DNA of 64,000 bases from positions 62,001-126,000 of the forward strand of contig NMRA01000141.1 of NCBI GenBank assembly GCA_002633005.1, written 5' to 3'. Position numbers and translations under genes: made by a program. Source of the DNA: Phoronis australis (lineage: Eukaryota; Animalia; Phoronida). A model generated the notes under the pieces. The model did not search any database. It saw only the letters and a program-made list of their open reading frames with translations, and was not told where the DNA came from. Numbering within the stretch: position 1 is the stretch's first letter; each line of letters starts with the position of its first letter. Shown piece by piece: positions 23,721-36,626 of this stretch.

Positions 23721-23910
23721 CAAAGAAATTTTGTCACAACCCACGTGACAACAATCCCCGCCAATGCCAACACTCCAGCACTTGGACGGTCTGCAAGATG
23801 GGGACCCTACGCTATCATAAGGTAAGTTCAGTAATGGGTTTATTTTTGATTTGCATTTTCTCACAACTGGATGAGCAATATACATTCAACTACATGCCAA
23901 TGTTTCTTAC

Positions 23911-24066
23911 CCCTTTCACTCAAGCATGTGTGATCGATGTCAGGCCCAGTCCTTAAGGAGGGCGTCGGACCGTGCCTCCTGGTCCAGTTAAATTTGGCAC
24001 CTTTAGTGTCAGAAGTGAACCCGCAAATTGTGTCGTGTTCAAAGCCGCAGAACTGGTTTGTTTTAC
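23911..24066 (-). CDS. Gene C exon 3 (MAM domain N-terminus, not in the ORF track)
   Basis: Acceptor ctgtgtgcag and donor gtaaga, phase 1/1. Reads KTNQFCGFEHDTICGFTSDTKGAKFNWTRRHGPTPSLRTGPDIDHTCLSERG, matching C-x-FE...CG...W...TPS..TGP..DHT. Confidence 0.93.
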
Positions 24067-25482
24067 CTGCACACAGAATATCAGCATGAGAATTCTGAGA
24101 ATTCGCTGCAATTTCACTTAATTAAGTAGCCACACGTGCACTTATGCAGGGCTGTCGTCAATGCCGGGTTCACATGTGGCAATTGTCCCGGGAAACTATA
24201 GAATATTATCACAAAAATTGAATAACGATTGATTTCGCCATACAGAACTCCTTCTTAAAGGGGTACCCTTAGCCTTAAACGAAAACAGAAAAAGTGGAAG
24301 AGCACCTGAGTGATTCCATTATCCGGACATTCATCCGAAAGCCGGCTCCCTAAAAATGGAAGGATCAATAATCCCTCAAAAACAATTATGGCGGCAGTAT
24401 ATGTCATGATCGGTGGTCCATTGATACTGAAGAATTTCCTATAACTACAAAAAACAATATTGGCAATTGATTGCACCGTAGGTGCCTCCTGTAATAAGGC
24501 ATCATGTATTATTTCACAAATAATAAAAACAGTAGTTGATTCCAACATTTGCTCAATCCCCCTCCGCCAGGGGTCTCTTAATATGAAAAGAAAATTGTGC
24601 CCCCTCCGCCAGGGGTCTCTATGAAAAGAAAACTGTGGCAATAAATTTCATCATCGGGGGCTCCTCCCCAAAAAGGGCTCCCTTATCACGTCACGATGTT
24701 TTATTTAACACAAACAGGAAAAGACTAACAACAATGGCTCCTGGCGATTTAACCTTCCTTCGCAGCGCCCTCATGTGGTGTCAAAGGATGAATTGAGGCA
24801 TTATGATAATTTACTGCCGGTCTAGTTTCCTCAGAAACCTCTTAGTATTTCGGAACTACTCCTGTGTTGGCACAAGGTGTAAAAAATGACCAATTCACAT
24901 TGATAAACGAAAAGAACATAGCATTTATATCTGTGATTACAACCACCAGACAGGAAGTGGTGCACGTCATCAGTGTAGGCTAGAGGGCGCTCTTTTCTCA
25001 CATGTTGATACTCATCAGGAAGCTACAAGACTTTCTGCATTGATAATACACGATCAATCCGACCTTACAACGTTGTGACATAATGTTATCCGACGTTGTC
25101 GACAGCACATTTTTGTCTTTGGCGATGAGAAAATCAGTTTCGTGGCCTATAGAATTATTTGTGTTGGCGATGATCACAAACTGATTACTACAATGTACAT
25201 TTTTCACATCGTCAAGACAAAAACGTGCTCCATAGAATTTTGAAGAACAAAATTATTAAATAACATTATCATTTCAGCTTGCCTGAAATTTTCACACCTT
25301 TCTATGGGTGTTCGCACTGATTACGTTATATTTCTCCTCTGATGATGACTCATTATCCGATCCAAGATCCACGAATAAATGTAATGTGAACGCGTTCTCT
25401 TTCTTAAAGCAATGGGCTTTGATCATTTATTACACTGTGTGCCAACACAAGAGCGTATTTGTAAACTTTCTTATGCTAAAGN

Positions 25483-27391
25483 AGAATTCTGAGAATTCGC
25501 TGCAATTTCACTTAATTAAGTAGCCACACGTGCACTTATGCAGGGCTGTCGTCAATGCCGGGTTCACATGTGGCAATTGTCCCGGGAAACTATAGAATAA
25601 TTATTATCACAAAATTGAATAACGATTGATTTCGCCATACAGAACTCCTTCTTAAAGGGGTACCCTTAGCCTTAAACGAAAACAGAAAAAAGTGGAAGAT
25701 CACCTGAGTGATTCCATTATCCGGACATTCATCCGAAAGCCGGCTCCCTTAAAATGGAAGGATCAATAATCCCTCAAAAACAATTATGGCGGCAGTATAT
25801 GTCATGATCGGTGGTCCATTGATACTGAAGAATTTCCTATAACTACAAAAAACAAGATTGGCAATTGATTGCACCGTAGGTGCCTCCTGTAATAAAGCAT
25901 CATGTATTATTTCACAAATAATAAAAACAGTAGTTGATTCCAACATTTGCTCAATCCCCCTCCGCCAGGGGTCTCTTAATATGAAAAGAAAATTGTGCCC
26001 CCTCCGCCAGGGGTCTCTATGAAAAGAAAACTGTGGCAATAAATTTCATCATCGGGGGCTCCTCCCCAAAAAGGGCTCCCTTATCACGTCACGATGTTTT
26101 ATTTAACACAAACAGGAAAAGACTAACAACAATGGCTCCTGGCGATTTAACCTTCCTTCGCAGCGCCCTCATGTGGTGTCAAAGGATGAATTGAGGCATT
26201 ATGATAATATACTGCCGGTCTAGTTTCCTCAGAAACCTCTTAGTATTTCGGAACTACTCCTGTGTTGGCACAAGGTGTAAAAAATGACCAATTCACATTG
26301 ATAAACGAAAAGAACATGTATACATGTACACAAAATATTCACTTATTCCTGAATCTTGGATCGGACACATTCGTCACCAATCGGACACATTCGTCACCAG
26401 TGTAGTAGTCTAAAATAACCGGTGCGAACACGTATAGGCGCGAAACACTACAAATAAGCAGACTTTTAGGATAGCACAGAATGATTAAGCATACAGTTTG
26501 AGAATGCAGTCTTGCCTCATGTTTTGGCGGGTGTGCCGGGGCCGGACTCGTGCTCTCAATTCTGATAATCAGTGCGTCTAAAAACTTATGCTCACAGCAT
26601 CTCGTTAGCAGTCTAGTCATACAAGCGCGGTTAGATGGCGTGCTTTGCTATGTTAGCAGATCTAACATGCACGCGCATGCAAATTAACATCACCTCTGGT
26701 AACTTTCGCGGTTTCGCAATGATCAAACAAGTGTAAAGTGTTCTGGTATTGAATAAGACTGAAGATGTTTTGACGTTGGTATAAGCCTTGGTTCGAATCG
26801 CATTCCCAACATAATCCGGTGTAGCAGGTTACAACCATAGCATTTATATCTGTGATTACAACCACCAGACAGGAAGTGGTGCACCTCATCAGTGTAGGCT
26901 AGAGGGCGCTCTTTCTCACATGTTGATACTCATCAGGAAGCTACAAGACTTTCTGCATTGATAATACACGATCAATCCGACCTTACAACGTTGCTACATA
27001 ATGTTATCCGGCGTTCTCGACAGCACATTTTCGTCTTGGCGATGAGAAAATCAGTTTCGTGGCCTATAGTTGTGTTGGCGATGATCACAAACTGATTACC
27101 ACAATGTACATTTTTCACATCGTCAAGACAAAAACGTGTTCGATAGAATTTTGTAGAACAACATTATTAAATAACATTATCATTTCAGCTTGCCGGAAAA
27201 TTTCACACCTTTCTATGGGTGTTCGCTCTGATTACTTTATATTTCTCCTCTGATGATGACTCATTATCCGATCCAAGATCCACGAATAAATGTAACGTGA
27301 ACGCGTTCTCTTTCTTAAAGCAACGAGATTTGATCATTTATTACACTGTGTGCCAACACAAGAGCGTATTTGTAAACTTTCTTGTGCTAAA
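25483..27391 (+). repeat. Near-identical duplicate of 24089-25481 next to the N at 25482 (probable second haplotype, 521 bp longer)
   Basis: Starts agaattctgagaattcgc exactly as at 24089 and carries an extra segment at 26318-26838. Confidence 0.85.
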
Positions 27392-27563
27392 GGCGTATAT
27401 GGACATGCATCTAATTGAATTTGGAATCTTGAAAATTTAAAAAAAAAATTTGTTCTAATTCACGAAAGTCGAGTGTATTCATTTTCATTGAAAATTCCAA
27501 ACTTGCTGAAACCCTTTTTAATAGGCAGACTGAAGTTTGATACACATCCCTTAAGAGCCTCAC

Positions 27564-27751
27564 TTTTTAAGCATTCTTTAAGTTGAGCCTCTCGTAAAGC
27601 GACTAGATGAAGCACCCTCTTGTGGTCCCTTGTAAGTTTATTGTACTTGAGCGTAGTTTCCCGGAACTGACGGTCCGTTTCGTTCAATTGTGAAGAGAAG
27701 TAGTTGACCCTTCCCTTGAGATAATGGTTTCTCGTGTTACTCTCCGACAGT
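27564..27751 (-). CDS. Gene C exon 2 (coiled coil)
   Basis: Acceptor tttctccttgtag and donor gtgagg, phase 2/1. Reads LSESNTRNHYLKGRVNYFSSQLNETDRQFRETTLKYNKLTRDHKRVLHLVALREAQLKECLK. Confidence 0.85.
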
Positions 27752-27844
27752 CTACAAGGAGAAATAAACTCAAGTTTTAGAAATATCGCGAATTTATAAA
27801 CCATTAAAGAGGCCAGCAATATATCTTTGTTGTAGTCTGAGCTN

Positions 27845-28329
27845 AAGCACCCTCTTGTGGTCCCTTGTAAGTTTATTGTACTTGAGCGTAGTTTCCCGAA
27901 ACTGGCGGTCCGTTTCGTTCAATTGTGAAGAGAAGTAGTTGACCCTTCCCTTGAGATAATGGTTTCTCGTGTTACTCTCCGACAGTCTACAAGGAGAAAT
28001 AAACTCAAGTTTTAGAAATATCGCGAATTTATAAACCATTAAAGAGGCCAGGGGCCCGTTCCAAGAAACTGACTTAAGTTCATTATTGACTTAAGTCTAA
28101 GATTTGTCTTAACTTCCAAACTTTGAAACTTCCATATCTGGTAAATTCATCAAAATTAAGCCAAAACGTACGTCAAACATTTAAATCAAGCTTAACATCT
28201 CCTTCTTGAAATGATTTTGAGACAAATTGAACTTTTATTTTAAAAGTTAGTAAAATTTAGGAATTGTCTTAGCTAAGTCAGTTTTGTTGGAACGGGCCCC
28301 AGCAATATATCTTTGTTGTAGTCTGAGCT
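27845..28329 (+). repeat. Duplicate of 27610-27843 next to the N at 27844 (probable second haplotype, carrying a MITE)
   Basis: Partial second copy of exon 2 with two SNPs. It differs from the first copy by a 248-bp insertion plus a 3-bp target duplication. Confidence 0.85.
28052..28299. mobile_element. PIF/Harbinger-like MITE, 248 bp, CAG target-site duplication
   Basis: cag|gggcccgttccaagaaactgactta...taagtcagttttgttggaacgggccc|cag. The empty site gaggccagcaatat is present at about 27809. Confidence 0.9.
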
Positions 28330-29313
28330 CAACTTTAATTGGTTCGTTAATAAATAGTTACGTTAAAACCTAATTGTTTATGAAGTAGAGTTAAAATTGA
28401 TCACCGAAATCATGAGGCCTAGCTCGCCACAGACCCGCACTAGTTGAAAATATGCGGCATCCAAGTTATGGCACAGGCGTTTAAGCAGAAAGCGGAGAAA
28501 AGCGTGTATTCAAAATATGACCACAATAAAGCTTTTAAACATGGACATCGAGTGCTTCGCAGTTATTGTATATCAAAGAGTTCCATCATTTTTACGCGCC
28601 CGGTGCCGAACGCATGTCACTATAAAAATTGCACTGTTGCCGCAAAAACGCTCTCAAATTTGAACATCGTAATAAACAATGAGATAGATCCTCCATTAGT
28701 TGAGATGAAGGCGTCATTTTCTTTGTATCTGCTAGTTAAGTACGCGTAATAAGTTCTATCGAAATAAAACATGTACATTCTGTAAATTGCGCCCCTCTAG
28801 TGGATACTCACAAAGTTAATGTCGATTTCCAAATTAAACTGTACAGTGGATTTCGGTCATCTTATTTGTATTGACTGCTGTTTTGTTTGAGAACTAATGG
28901 AAATTCAAAATTTAAGCTTACATATTTTGTGCAATGTTTTAACTATTCTAAAAATGTCATGTCACGTTGAAAGGCGTGTTTTGGGGAAACGCTTGAACTA
29001 AGTTGGTCTGCTTTAAAGATCGTTATAACTGTGCTTTGAACTAACAATGAATAGGCAGAAGTATCTCTTAAGTTGTGATGAAGCAGGATTTAATATTGAA
29101 ATAACTTTCGTTGCTGTGACGTTTTGATGATACCGCAACAAGGGTACTACGTAAATGCGTGAGCGCAAACAAGATAAAGCACAAGTCGAATTTTCGAGAT
29201 GATATACTCCCGGCTCCATATGTTGTGTTTGTTCCCAAGTCTACCGGCCCTCGATCATACAAAGTGAATTTTGCGTGTCCAAATTTGCGTTTAACGACAT
29301 TTGAAGCCATCAA

Positions 29314-29571
29314 AGTGACGTTATCGACGAACAAAGTGATTTTCTGAGATCAGCCTCAGCTCGGGATCAATCCTGCAACCCCCAATTATAACAGTTCCAT
29401 GCTGTGCTAATCGTAAAGCTACCGACTTCATTTCACCGAATTTTAGGCAGACAATGGTAAAAATAAAAAAACGCACCTTTTGCTTTTTTATAGCTTTGGC
29501 TAAAACTAATAACTTCATGAAGTCTACAAACCTAAAATGCGTTTTCGGCCGTAAAAAACGAAAATGTCCCT
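29314..29571. mobile_element. Kolobok-like MITE, family A
   Basis: tcaa|agtgacgttatcgacg...aaaatgtccct|ttaa, homologous to the copies at 6126 and 9348. Confidence 0.65.
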
Positions 29572-31567
29572 TTAAAATGGAACTTGCACGCTATTTCTTC
29601 ATCTCTGTGATTTCTTAGTCAAATAAGTTAGAAACAAGACATTTAGCAATGCTGTGGATATGAAGTAGGTTGAAAATTACCAGATGCTTTTAAGAACGAG
29701 TTTTGAGTCGAAAATGATCCGCCGTAAATCACTCATTCAACCGTGTCTAGTAAATATCGGGACGTGGTGTTGGAGAATAACACTACATGATGAGGGTTAT
29801 TTGAACCCCCAACGTACGTCAGTAGTGCAAAGGTCACCTATTTGCAGATTTTTTTTATTTCACATTTACCAGTTGTAAATGAATACCACTGCACTTTGTT
29901 TAGCGTAGATGTTGCTCAGTCGTCGTTCAGTTCCAACTATACATTAGCATAATTAGGAGCATGCAAATACGTCTTTAAGGTTGTTTCCAAATAGCATTTG
30001 TGTGAATTCTGTGGTATATTAACGATTAGTTTTCTTGAGCACATATTGCCAAGCGACAACCAAACAATATTAAATTAAAAATGTGTTCACAAGTACTTAA
30101 TAATTTGAAATGTTCACGCAGTCAGAATATAAATAGTACGACCGCAGTTTTTTGTTGTTCAAACGTTCAACCTTACCATAATGGAAAACTTTATTGGCAA
30201 TTAGGTAGAACTTCGAATGTATTCATTTTCAATAGTTAAACATTAAAATAAGACACTATTTTTATTAGAATAGTGTCCTATTTTAATAGCAATAAAACAC
30301 AGGAACAGGTTTGTAAATTTTGAGTAAAACTTCTAACGTCTGAGGAAGTCACGGCGGTCTCAAAAATCATTATTATCAGAAAAAATACACGATTGCCAAT
30401 AACTGGCTATTGCATCGTGACTGTCAGCAATGACTTGACCAATATTACAAATCCTATTTGACGCACCGGCTGATCTAGAATGCTGTAGCAGGGCCCAACC
30501 AGAATTATGGAAGGAAACATTTCTGCATTCGCTGCAAAAAATAGTATGGCGACGGCGTTTTTATTTGTGTCCGTAGAGAGCACCCTTCTGGGCGAATGAG
30601 TCATTAGGACGTCACTTGTAGGAGGACATTTTATGAGTATTATCACCTGGCAATTTACTTTTTCTTGTTTAAGTAACATATTTTCAATTTATAATTTTGT
30701 TTATTTTTTAAAAATCCTCATGTTTAAGGTTGCACATTGTAGTAAAAACAATGTTTTTATTGATTAAACCGTACCTACGAACGTTGCTTGTTTGAATCAA
30801 TCAGATATTTACATGTAATGAAGCTTGGCGTGTCTAAGGGCATGACGTAATCCATGAGCTGAAAGGCTCTGTAAAGCGGACTTTCCGCTGCGTGCAATAG
30901 TTCGTTTGTTTTTCCAGGACTCATTTTGATAATGCGGCTCTATGTGGTGACAGCTTTATGAAATATGAACAAAATACGTAGCAGAGAATCTGTTCCTGTA
31001 GTATGCTTGCAAAAAAATATCATATTGGCCCGTCGCTACAGTATGGTGGGTGTGGTCTGCCTATTTTTGTGTGAACTATCCAATGTTGACAAATGGGTAA
31101 CAGGCAAAGCAGTCAAGCAAATTTCATGAAAGTCAATCAATCAAACAAAAAGCAATAATAGTGCCAGACACTCATCATAGCAATCAGTCAAACTAGGCAC
31201 ATTGCGGTCGCGTTAAATGGGTCGTCAGTTTTTAAGTTTACTTTAAACATATGTGGGTAAGAGATGTAGATCCGACTGACAAGGTCAAACGAGGTTCAAA
31301 CAATAAATAGAATGCCGTACAGCTGGACTGAAACAAAGTCTGCTTGAGAATTTATTACCCATGTTGCACATGCCAAATGAGTTCTAAAAGCCAAATTCTT
31401 ACTCGTTCGTATTCAGGCAGGACTAGTCCTCTCGCTAGACCCCCTCCCCTCACCACCACCCAAGGTTTGACCAGTCCTGTATCTATGTGAACGTTTATGG
31501 GTTCTGTATGTTTTAGAACAAATATGTGTAGTCAGCAACAACTTATCTTTGAGTTTAAAGAATTTAC

Positions 31568-32304
31568 CTGATTTGAGTTTCTCGATGGATATCCTGTAAC
31601 TTTAGGAGCTTTCTGTCAGTCTCTTCTAGGCTGGTTTCGCATAACCTTGCTTTTACTTCAATTCGTTTTGTCTTCTCAATAGTTTTAGTAAGCGAATTTT
31701 GTGCCTTCTTTAAGCGTTGCGACGTTTCCGCAAGTAGAACTTGAGTTTTTCTCAGCGTTTCGTTCAGCTGATTAAGGTGTCTGTTTCTTAAATCTAATTT
31801 GGCTTCTGTGTTATTTAGTTTGCGAGTCAAAGACGAAACTTCAGCATAAATAATACCCAAAGCCTCGTCTTCTAAACGAGAAATCTCCGACCCAAAGTCG
31901 ATTTCGTTTTCCAAATCAACTCCTAGTCTCTTCAACCCCAGGTGGCCGTAGCTTTTGTCCCCGAAAAGTTTGGCAAGTTTAGTGAGGTCCTTGAGACGGC
32001 TGATTGTTTTGTGCAAATTATTTTCCGCACTATCCTGTAATGTTTGCGACGTGGCAGGTGAAGGCGAGTAACTCCAGTTTCCTTCAGTCAAGAGGTTACC
32101 GCCGCGTCTTTCCGCATTTTGCAGCAACGTGGCATAGGATTCCTCGCACGTAAGCTCAGCAGGCGATGAGAGCTCAACTGTCAACTCGGTCCCTGTCTGC
32201 TTAAATTTACAGTTCACCGCCATCACGTGTTCAGTCTGGACCCATATAAAAACCAGCGCAAACAGCGGGGATATTAAAACTTTGGCGAAAATAATTTCAT
32301 TCAT
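31568..32304 (-). CDS. Gene C exon 1: signal peptide, N-terminal region and coiled coil of a secreted coiled-coil/MAM protein (497 aa total)
   Basis: Hydrophobic N-terminus MNEIIFAKVLISPLFALVFIWVQTEHVMA and heptad-like VSSLTRKLNNTEAKLDLRNRHLNQLNETLRKTQVLLAETSQRLKKAQNSL. Donor gtaaat, phase 2. The six exons sum to 1494 nt. Confidence 0.88.
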
Positions 32305-32779
32305 GACTTCCTCTAGTGGTATCCACTTTCACGCGTCGGCTTAAACGTCCTTCTCTAGCTGTCTATAACTACGTTCGTGAATTAAATGCATTGCCAAGTA
32401 ACCTGCCCTGACCCTTCGAATGAAGTTAACTCACGTGTTTGTTTTGTCTGGCTTTAAGACAAGATTCTTTAATTAATGATCCTATACACGTAATGCAGAG
32501 CGCAAGCAGGACGGAAAGTATGTTGGTCTACATCCACAGATGGTACGAGCAGTTTTGTTTGTGGGTGAAATAGACTGTTAAATGGGTTGTTTCATATTGA
32601 TGTGAAAAACATGAGCAGGATGTGAGATAAAGAGGAGGGCACGTACCAGTTGATGTCTTGAATGTTATTTTTGGCGGGTTGTTAAGCGCATGACCTTTGT
32701 ACTGAAGCGCAGCCACTGCTTTTTTCGCTATTTGAGATTCCATTCGAGAAAGCGATAGCAAAAACTCTTACGTGTGGAT

Positions 32780-33361
32780 TTTGGACTCGGGTGTAATTTT
32801 TGTTATCGATATCGAACTCGACATTTTCAGTTTTACTTCTTGTACGAATTCAAGTCTGTATTTCTCTGCTCGAGTATATTATGGTTTGTGTTGGCGAGTG
32901 TCTAGTCCAAGCTACAAACTCGAGTAAAAACTTAAGTGAGACTTCAAGTTCACGCGCAAAGTTATGGCCTTAATGCTGGGTCATTAACAAGTTCAGTGGC
33001 GGATTTAAAGGTGGGCAAGGATGCCACGGCCCTCCTTAAACTTCTCCCAGATTCCATTTGCCATATCGGGGTGGGGATGTTTGACGGGCAAAATCCTGGT
33101 TAATACTGTGCCTTCGCCCCCCTAACTCAAAGTCCTGGACGTGCTTCGTTCGTAATGTACATGGCGATATCTCGCGCGAAGTCGCGTGTTCTTGCGTTTT
33201 TGAGAGATTCTCGCCTCGATCGAGGGCAAGCCAGTCTTCCACGTAAGCCATAGCGTACTCGACCACTGAACACTTAACTCGAATTGCAAAAAAATGTAGA
33301 AATGGAAATACCTAAAAATTCGAGCTCGCATTCAAGAACAAAGATCCGAAACACCGGGCCC
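32780..33361 (+). mobile_element. Old copy of the MITE at 46334, interrupted by a hAT MITE
   Basis: Shares gctacaaactcgagtaaaaact with ~46508 and ends ...acaccgggccc. Confidence 0.55.
32994..33139 (-). mobile_element. hAT-like MITE (inverted copy of 44504-44661)
   Basis: cagtggcggattta...ctaactcaaagtcctgga is the reverse complement of the element at 44504. Confidence 0.7.
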
Positions 33362-34829
33362 ATCAACATAGCAGAAACTCAGCAACTGCTAAATGTTGGC
33401 ACCAAATAAAAACAGTGCGTATGGATTATGCAATTTCTCTATATCACTAGCGGGCAAATATAATCATATTTTATTCCTAAACGATTAAAATCCATTTTAC
33501 AAATGGTGCATCATGATCGTTATGCTCTACGTAGGGCCTACTCATGGGAGCAGAGGGGCGCAAAGAGTTCATACCCCCTAGTCATTGCCAAAGATTACTC
33601 CCCTCCCCCAGTCAATGAATTTGAGGCACACCAAGAAGTCGCACATTAATTAAATTAACAGGTGAACTAAAGCATCAGTACTGAGGAACATCAGTTCCAG
33701 GAGACATCGAGCCGAAGGAACATAACGGTGGGGGATATCCAGTTTATGCCATGTTTTAGGCTTCGCCGGACACTTATAGCCTCGTAGAACGTAAAACCGT
33801 AATCGAGATCGGTGTTTGAATCATGAATATCGCTTCATAAAGATTGGCGAGTTGATTTTTCATTTCATTTTTCCAAATAAAACAAGTTTTCGAGTAAAAT
33901 TTTGATCGTCGTGCAAGTAAAAGCCTGTATTTTAAAACTGAAACGGTATAATACTTTTCTGACCGGCGTTATCCGTGTTAGTGGTGTTACGGCATCGTTA
34001 TTCCACCGCTACTGGTTGCGACCTCGGTGTTCCGTGCGTAAATGACAAACAAGTCAATCGAACTACATTGGTTTGACAAATGCTCGCTCAAAGTGAATAC
34101 AAATAAAATGAAATCTACTCTGGAAAAGGACTATAACACATAATATGAGCTTAACTGAAAATTGATATAAAATAATTTATCATGAAAGACGACGTCTCGG
34201 GAACCTCCCTCGAATGAATTGATTACTGGCTGTGTTGGTGTTAGATTGTCTGTGGCTATGTTCTAATGGTCAACTAACAAAAATGAGTGGATTTGGTATT
34301 TTTATGTATTCATTATCATTTACAAACAATTACAAAAACAAACAAACAAACAAATAAGTACACCATTCATTCACGCATGCACACCTCAGGAAGACCATTC
34401 TCATATCTCGTTTAAAGTAAAAATCTTCTACATGAAGTTAACATGAACAATAAATTTTCCCATTTCGCAGAGAAGCTGTCATATACAAAGTTTTTATGTG
34501 CATTTAATTTTTCAGCATTATAGTATTCATAAGTTTTTGTAACGAATTTGAGAAAATTAGGTATATTTTTGTGACATTGGATTTCGTAACAACTTCAAAT
34601 AACTATTGAATGCATTGAACTTATAATTTTGTCCACATAATTGGCATCAAACATGAGCGATGCTATTTGCTCATTGGATGGGGAGCTACATAGATAAAGA
34701 TTAAAAATGTCATTTTATTTAAATCGACTAAAAACGTTCAAAATGCCTTCCCTGATAAGTAAAAAAACACTCTGGAACGTGGAACGTTGAGATGCACCTC
34801 CGACTGCACTGCAAATTGTGTGCTTTTAC

Positions 34830-35830
34830 TGGTGTTTTTAGTACCACAAAAATTGCAACAAGATGGCGCAGAATAGGTCGAACCGCTCCGAAATTGGAAA
34901 GGCGTTGTCGTCTCCCTAATACAAAACCATTTGCCAATTTCATGAAAATCCGCCACGATAAAGAAGCAGACGTAAAAAAATCCTTTTAGGCGGCACAGCG
35001 GCAGTCCAGTCCGTCCATCAGTTGTCAAGTTGATATGAATACACTTGCCAAAGTGTGGTCTTATAAGGGTTTTAGTAGATACAGACACAGATGCGAAGAA
35101 AATGTCACCACAGCAGTAGGATCCAGATGAAAATCCACACCAGTCGTGCTCTTGTCAGTCAAAATACATCTGCCCATTTTCATAACCATCGTCTGAACCA
35201 TTTGAAGACGAAGACGGCAAAAACAATTTCGGAAATAATTAGAATTGCCACTAGGTGGTGCAGATTCCATCCCAAAAAAGGAACGGTGCTTTTGTCTTCG
35301 TAATAGAAACTTGTTTGCCAAATGTCACGAAAAGACACCAAGGAACTCTGGAGATACAGAAGTAAAGGTGAAAAAAATATTATTAGAGGGCACAGCAGTA
35401 GTCCGAGCCCTCAAAAAGTCATTGGGCAGCCATTGTCACATTAAAAGGAAAACACCAGGAAACGTTCTCAGACATCCTGCAAAGCAACCAGGAGATACAA
35501 TCATGGTCCCCAAAACATAAAATCACCAATAGAGGACGCCACAGTTCTCGCACCCATTGGAAAATCAACGTCAGTCACGGTCTTTTCAACAGGAACACAA
35601 CTGCGATTCATAGTGATCCTTAGACCAGTTTGCTGGATAAAAAGGCGGACGCCAAAAATCGAACCCGAAATAATAACAATGGCCATTAGATGGCGCAGAA
35701 TACGTCGAATTCGTCCGGAAATGGAACGAGATTTTTACATTCTTTATAGAAGTCTATTTTTAAAATTACACAATATCCATCAATTAACTTCAAAGATACA
35801 AAGGCAATCATAAAAAATTAAAATATCCAC
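34830..35830 (+). repeat. Diverged ~400-bp tandem repeat (3 units), with a related copy at ~43630-43960
   Basis: The block ttgc(a/c)a..ag(a/g)tgg(c/t)gcaga...ggaa.gg...taata.aaac..tttgccaa recurs at 34855, 35247 and 35682. Confidence 0.6.
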
Positions 35831-36580
35831 ATCTGCAGTTGGATTAGTCTGAAACTTACCGTCTTAAAGGAGAATGCCACCCAAAAACCAACCTATTTTG
35901 TATCAATTTAGATCGAGTAGTTGCATTCGATAACAGTAAGTACAGTTCTTTTATCTTACACCTGGCGGCAGACGGAGGTGTTGAAATTAACCAGTGACGT
36001 CAGAGTTTCGCACGCAGTCTGTTCAGCGGTTCACCACACGCTTTCTGGTGTCAGCTTATCTTTTGAATTCATCGTTTTACAAAAATAAATTATCAAAATT
36101 CGATGTAAAACCCTTACAAATACATCGAGTACTTGAACAAACGAGTTGTTTATAGGTATCGCAGCCTACAAAGTTCGGTAGGCCAATTTACCATGATCGG
36201 TCGGTGATAAATGTTCGAATTATTCTTCCGTGAAATACAGACAGGAGAACATAGTTGTACTCGTATGTTGTAATTTTGGACTTGCGATTTGTTCAGTTTT
36301 AAACACACAAAACACTTGTTATCGCGACCAGTGGCTCGGAACCCGATCAAGCCCGTCGCGGCTGGACTGAAGACATCACGAATATTAAGCAGCCAAAGTT
36401 GGAAACTAAACTTCCAGTCACGAAAAAGCTATACTAGTGAGCCAAAGAAATAATGTGCGCGTGATTATTTTGGTGAATTACCGGCGAAACTGCAAATCTA
36501 CTTACTCGTCGGTGGCCGCGAAGTCAGGTTTCCCTTCCACAGAACCGTCAGGGCAAAAGTTGTGCAGTAACAATGATTCG

Positions 36581-36585
<5 letters not shown>

Positions 36586-36624
<39 letters not shown>

Positions 36625-36626
36625 AT
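36586..36626. repeat. (TA)n(TG)n microsatellite
   Basis: atatatat...atgtgtgtgtgtgtat. Confidence 0.9.

Noticed and set aside
24255-26039. Twin ORFs MPQFSFHRDPWRRG...
   Set aside because: They are intronic repeat sequence within the N-flanked duplication, differ in stop position and show no domain signature.
27610-28040. Apparent duplicated coiled-coil exon (ORF 27794-28039)
   Set aside because: It is truncated at the N at 27844 and is an allelic copy of gene C exon 2.
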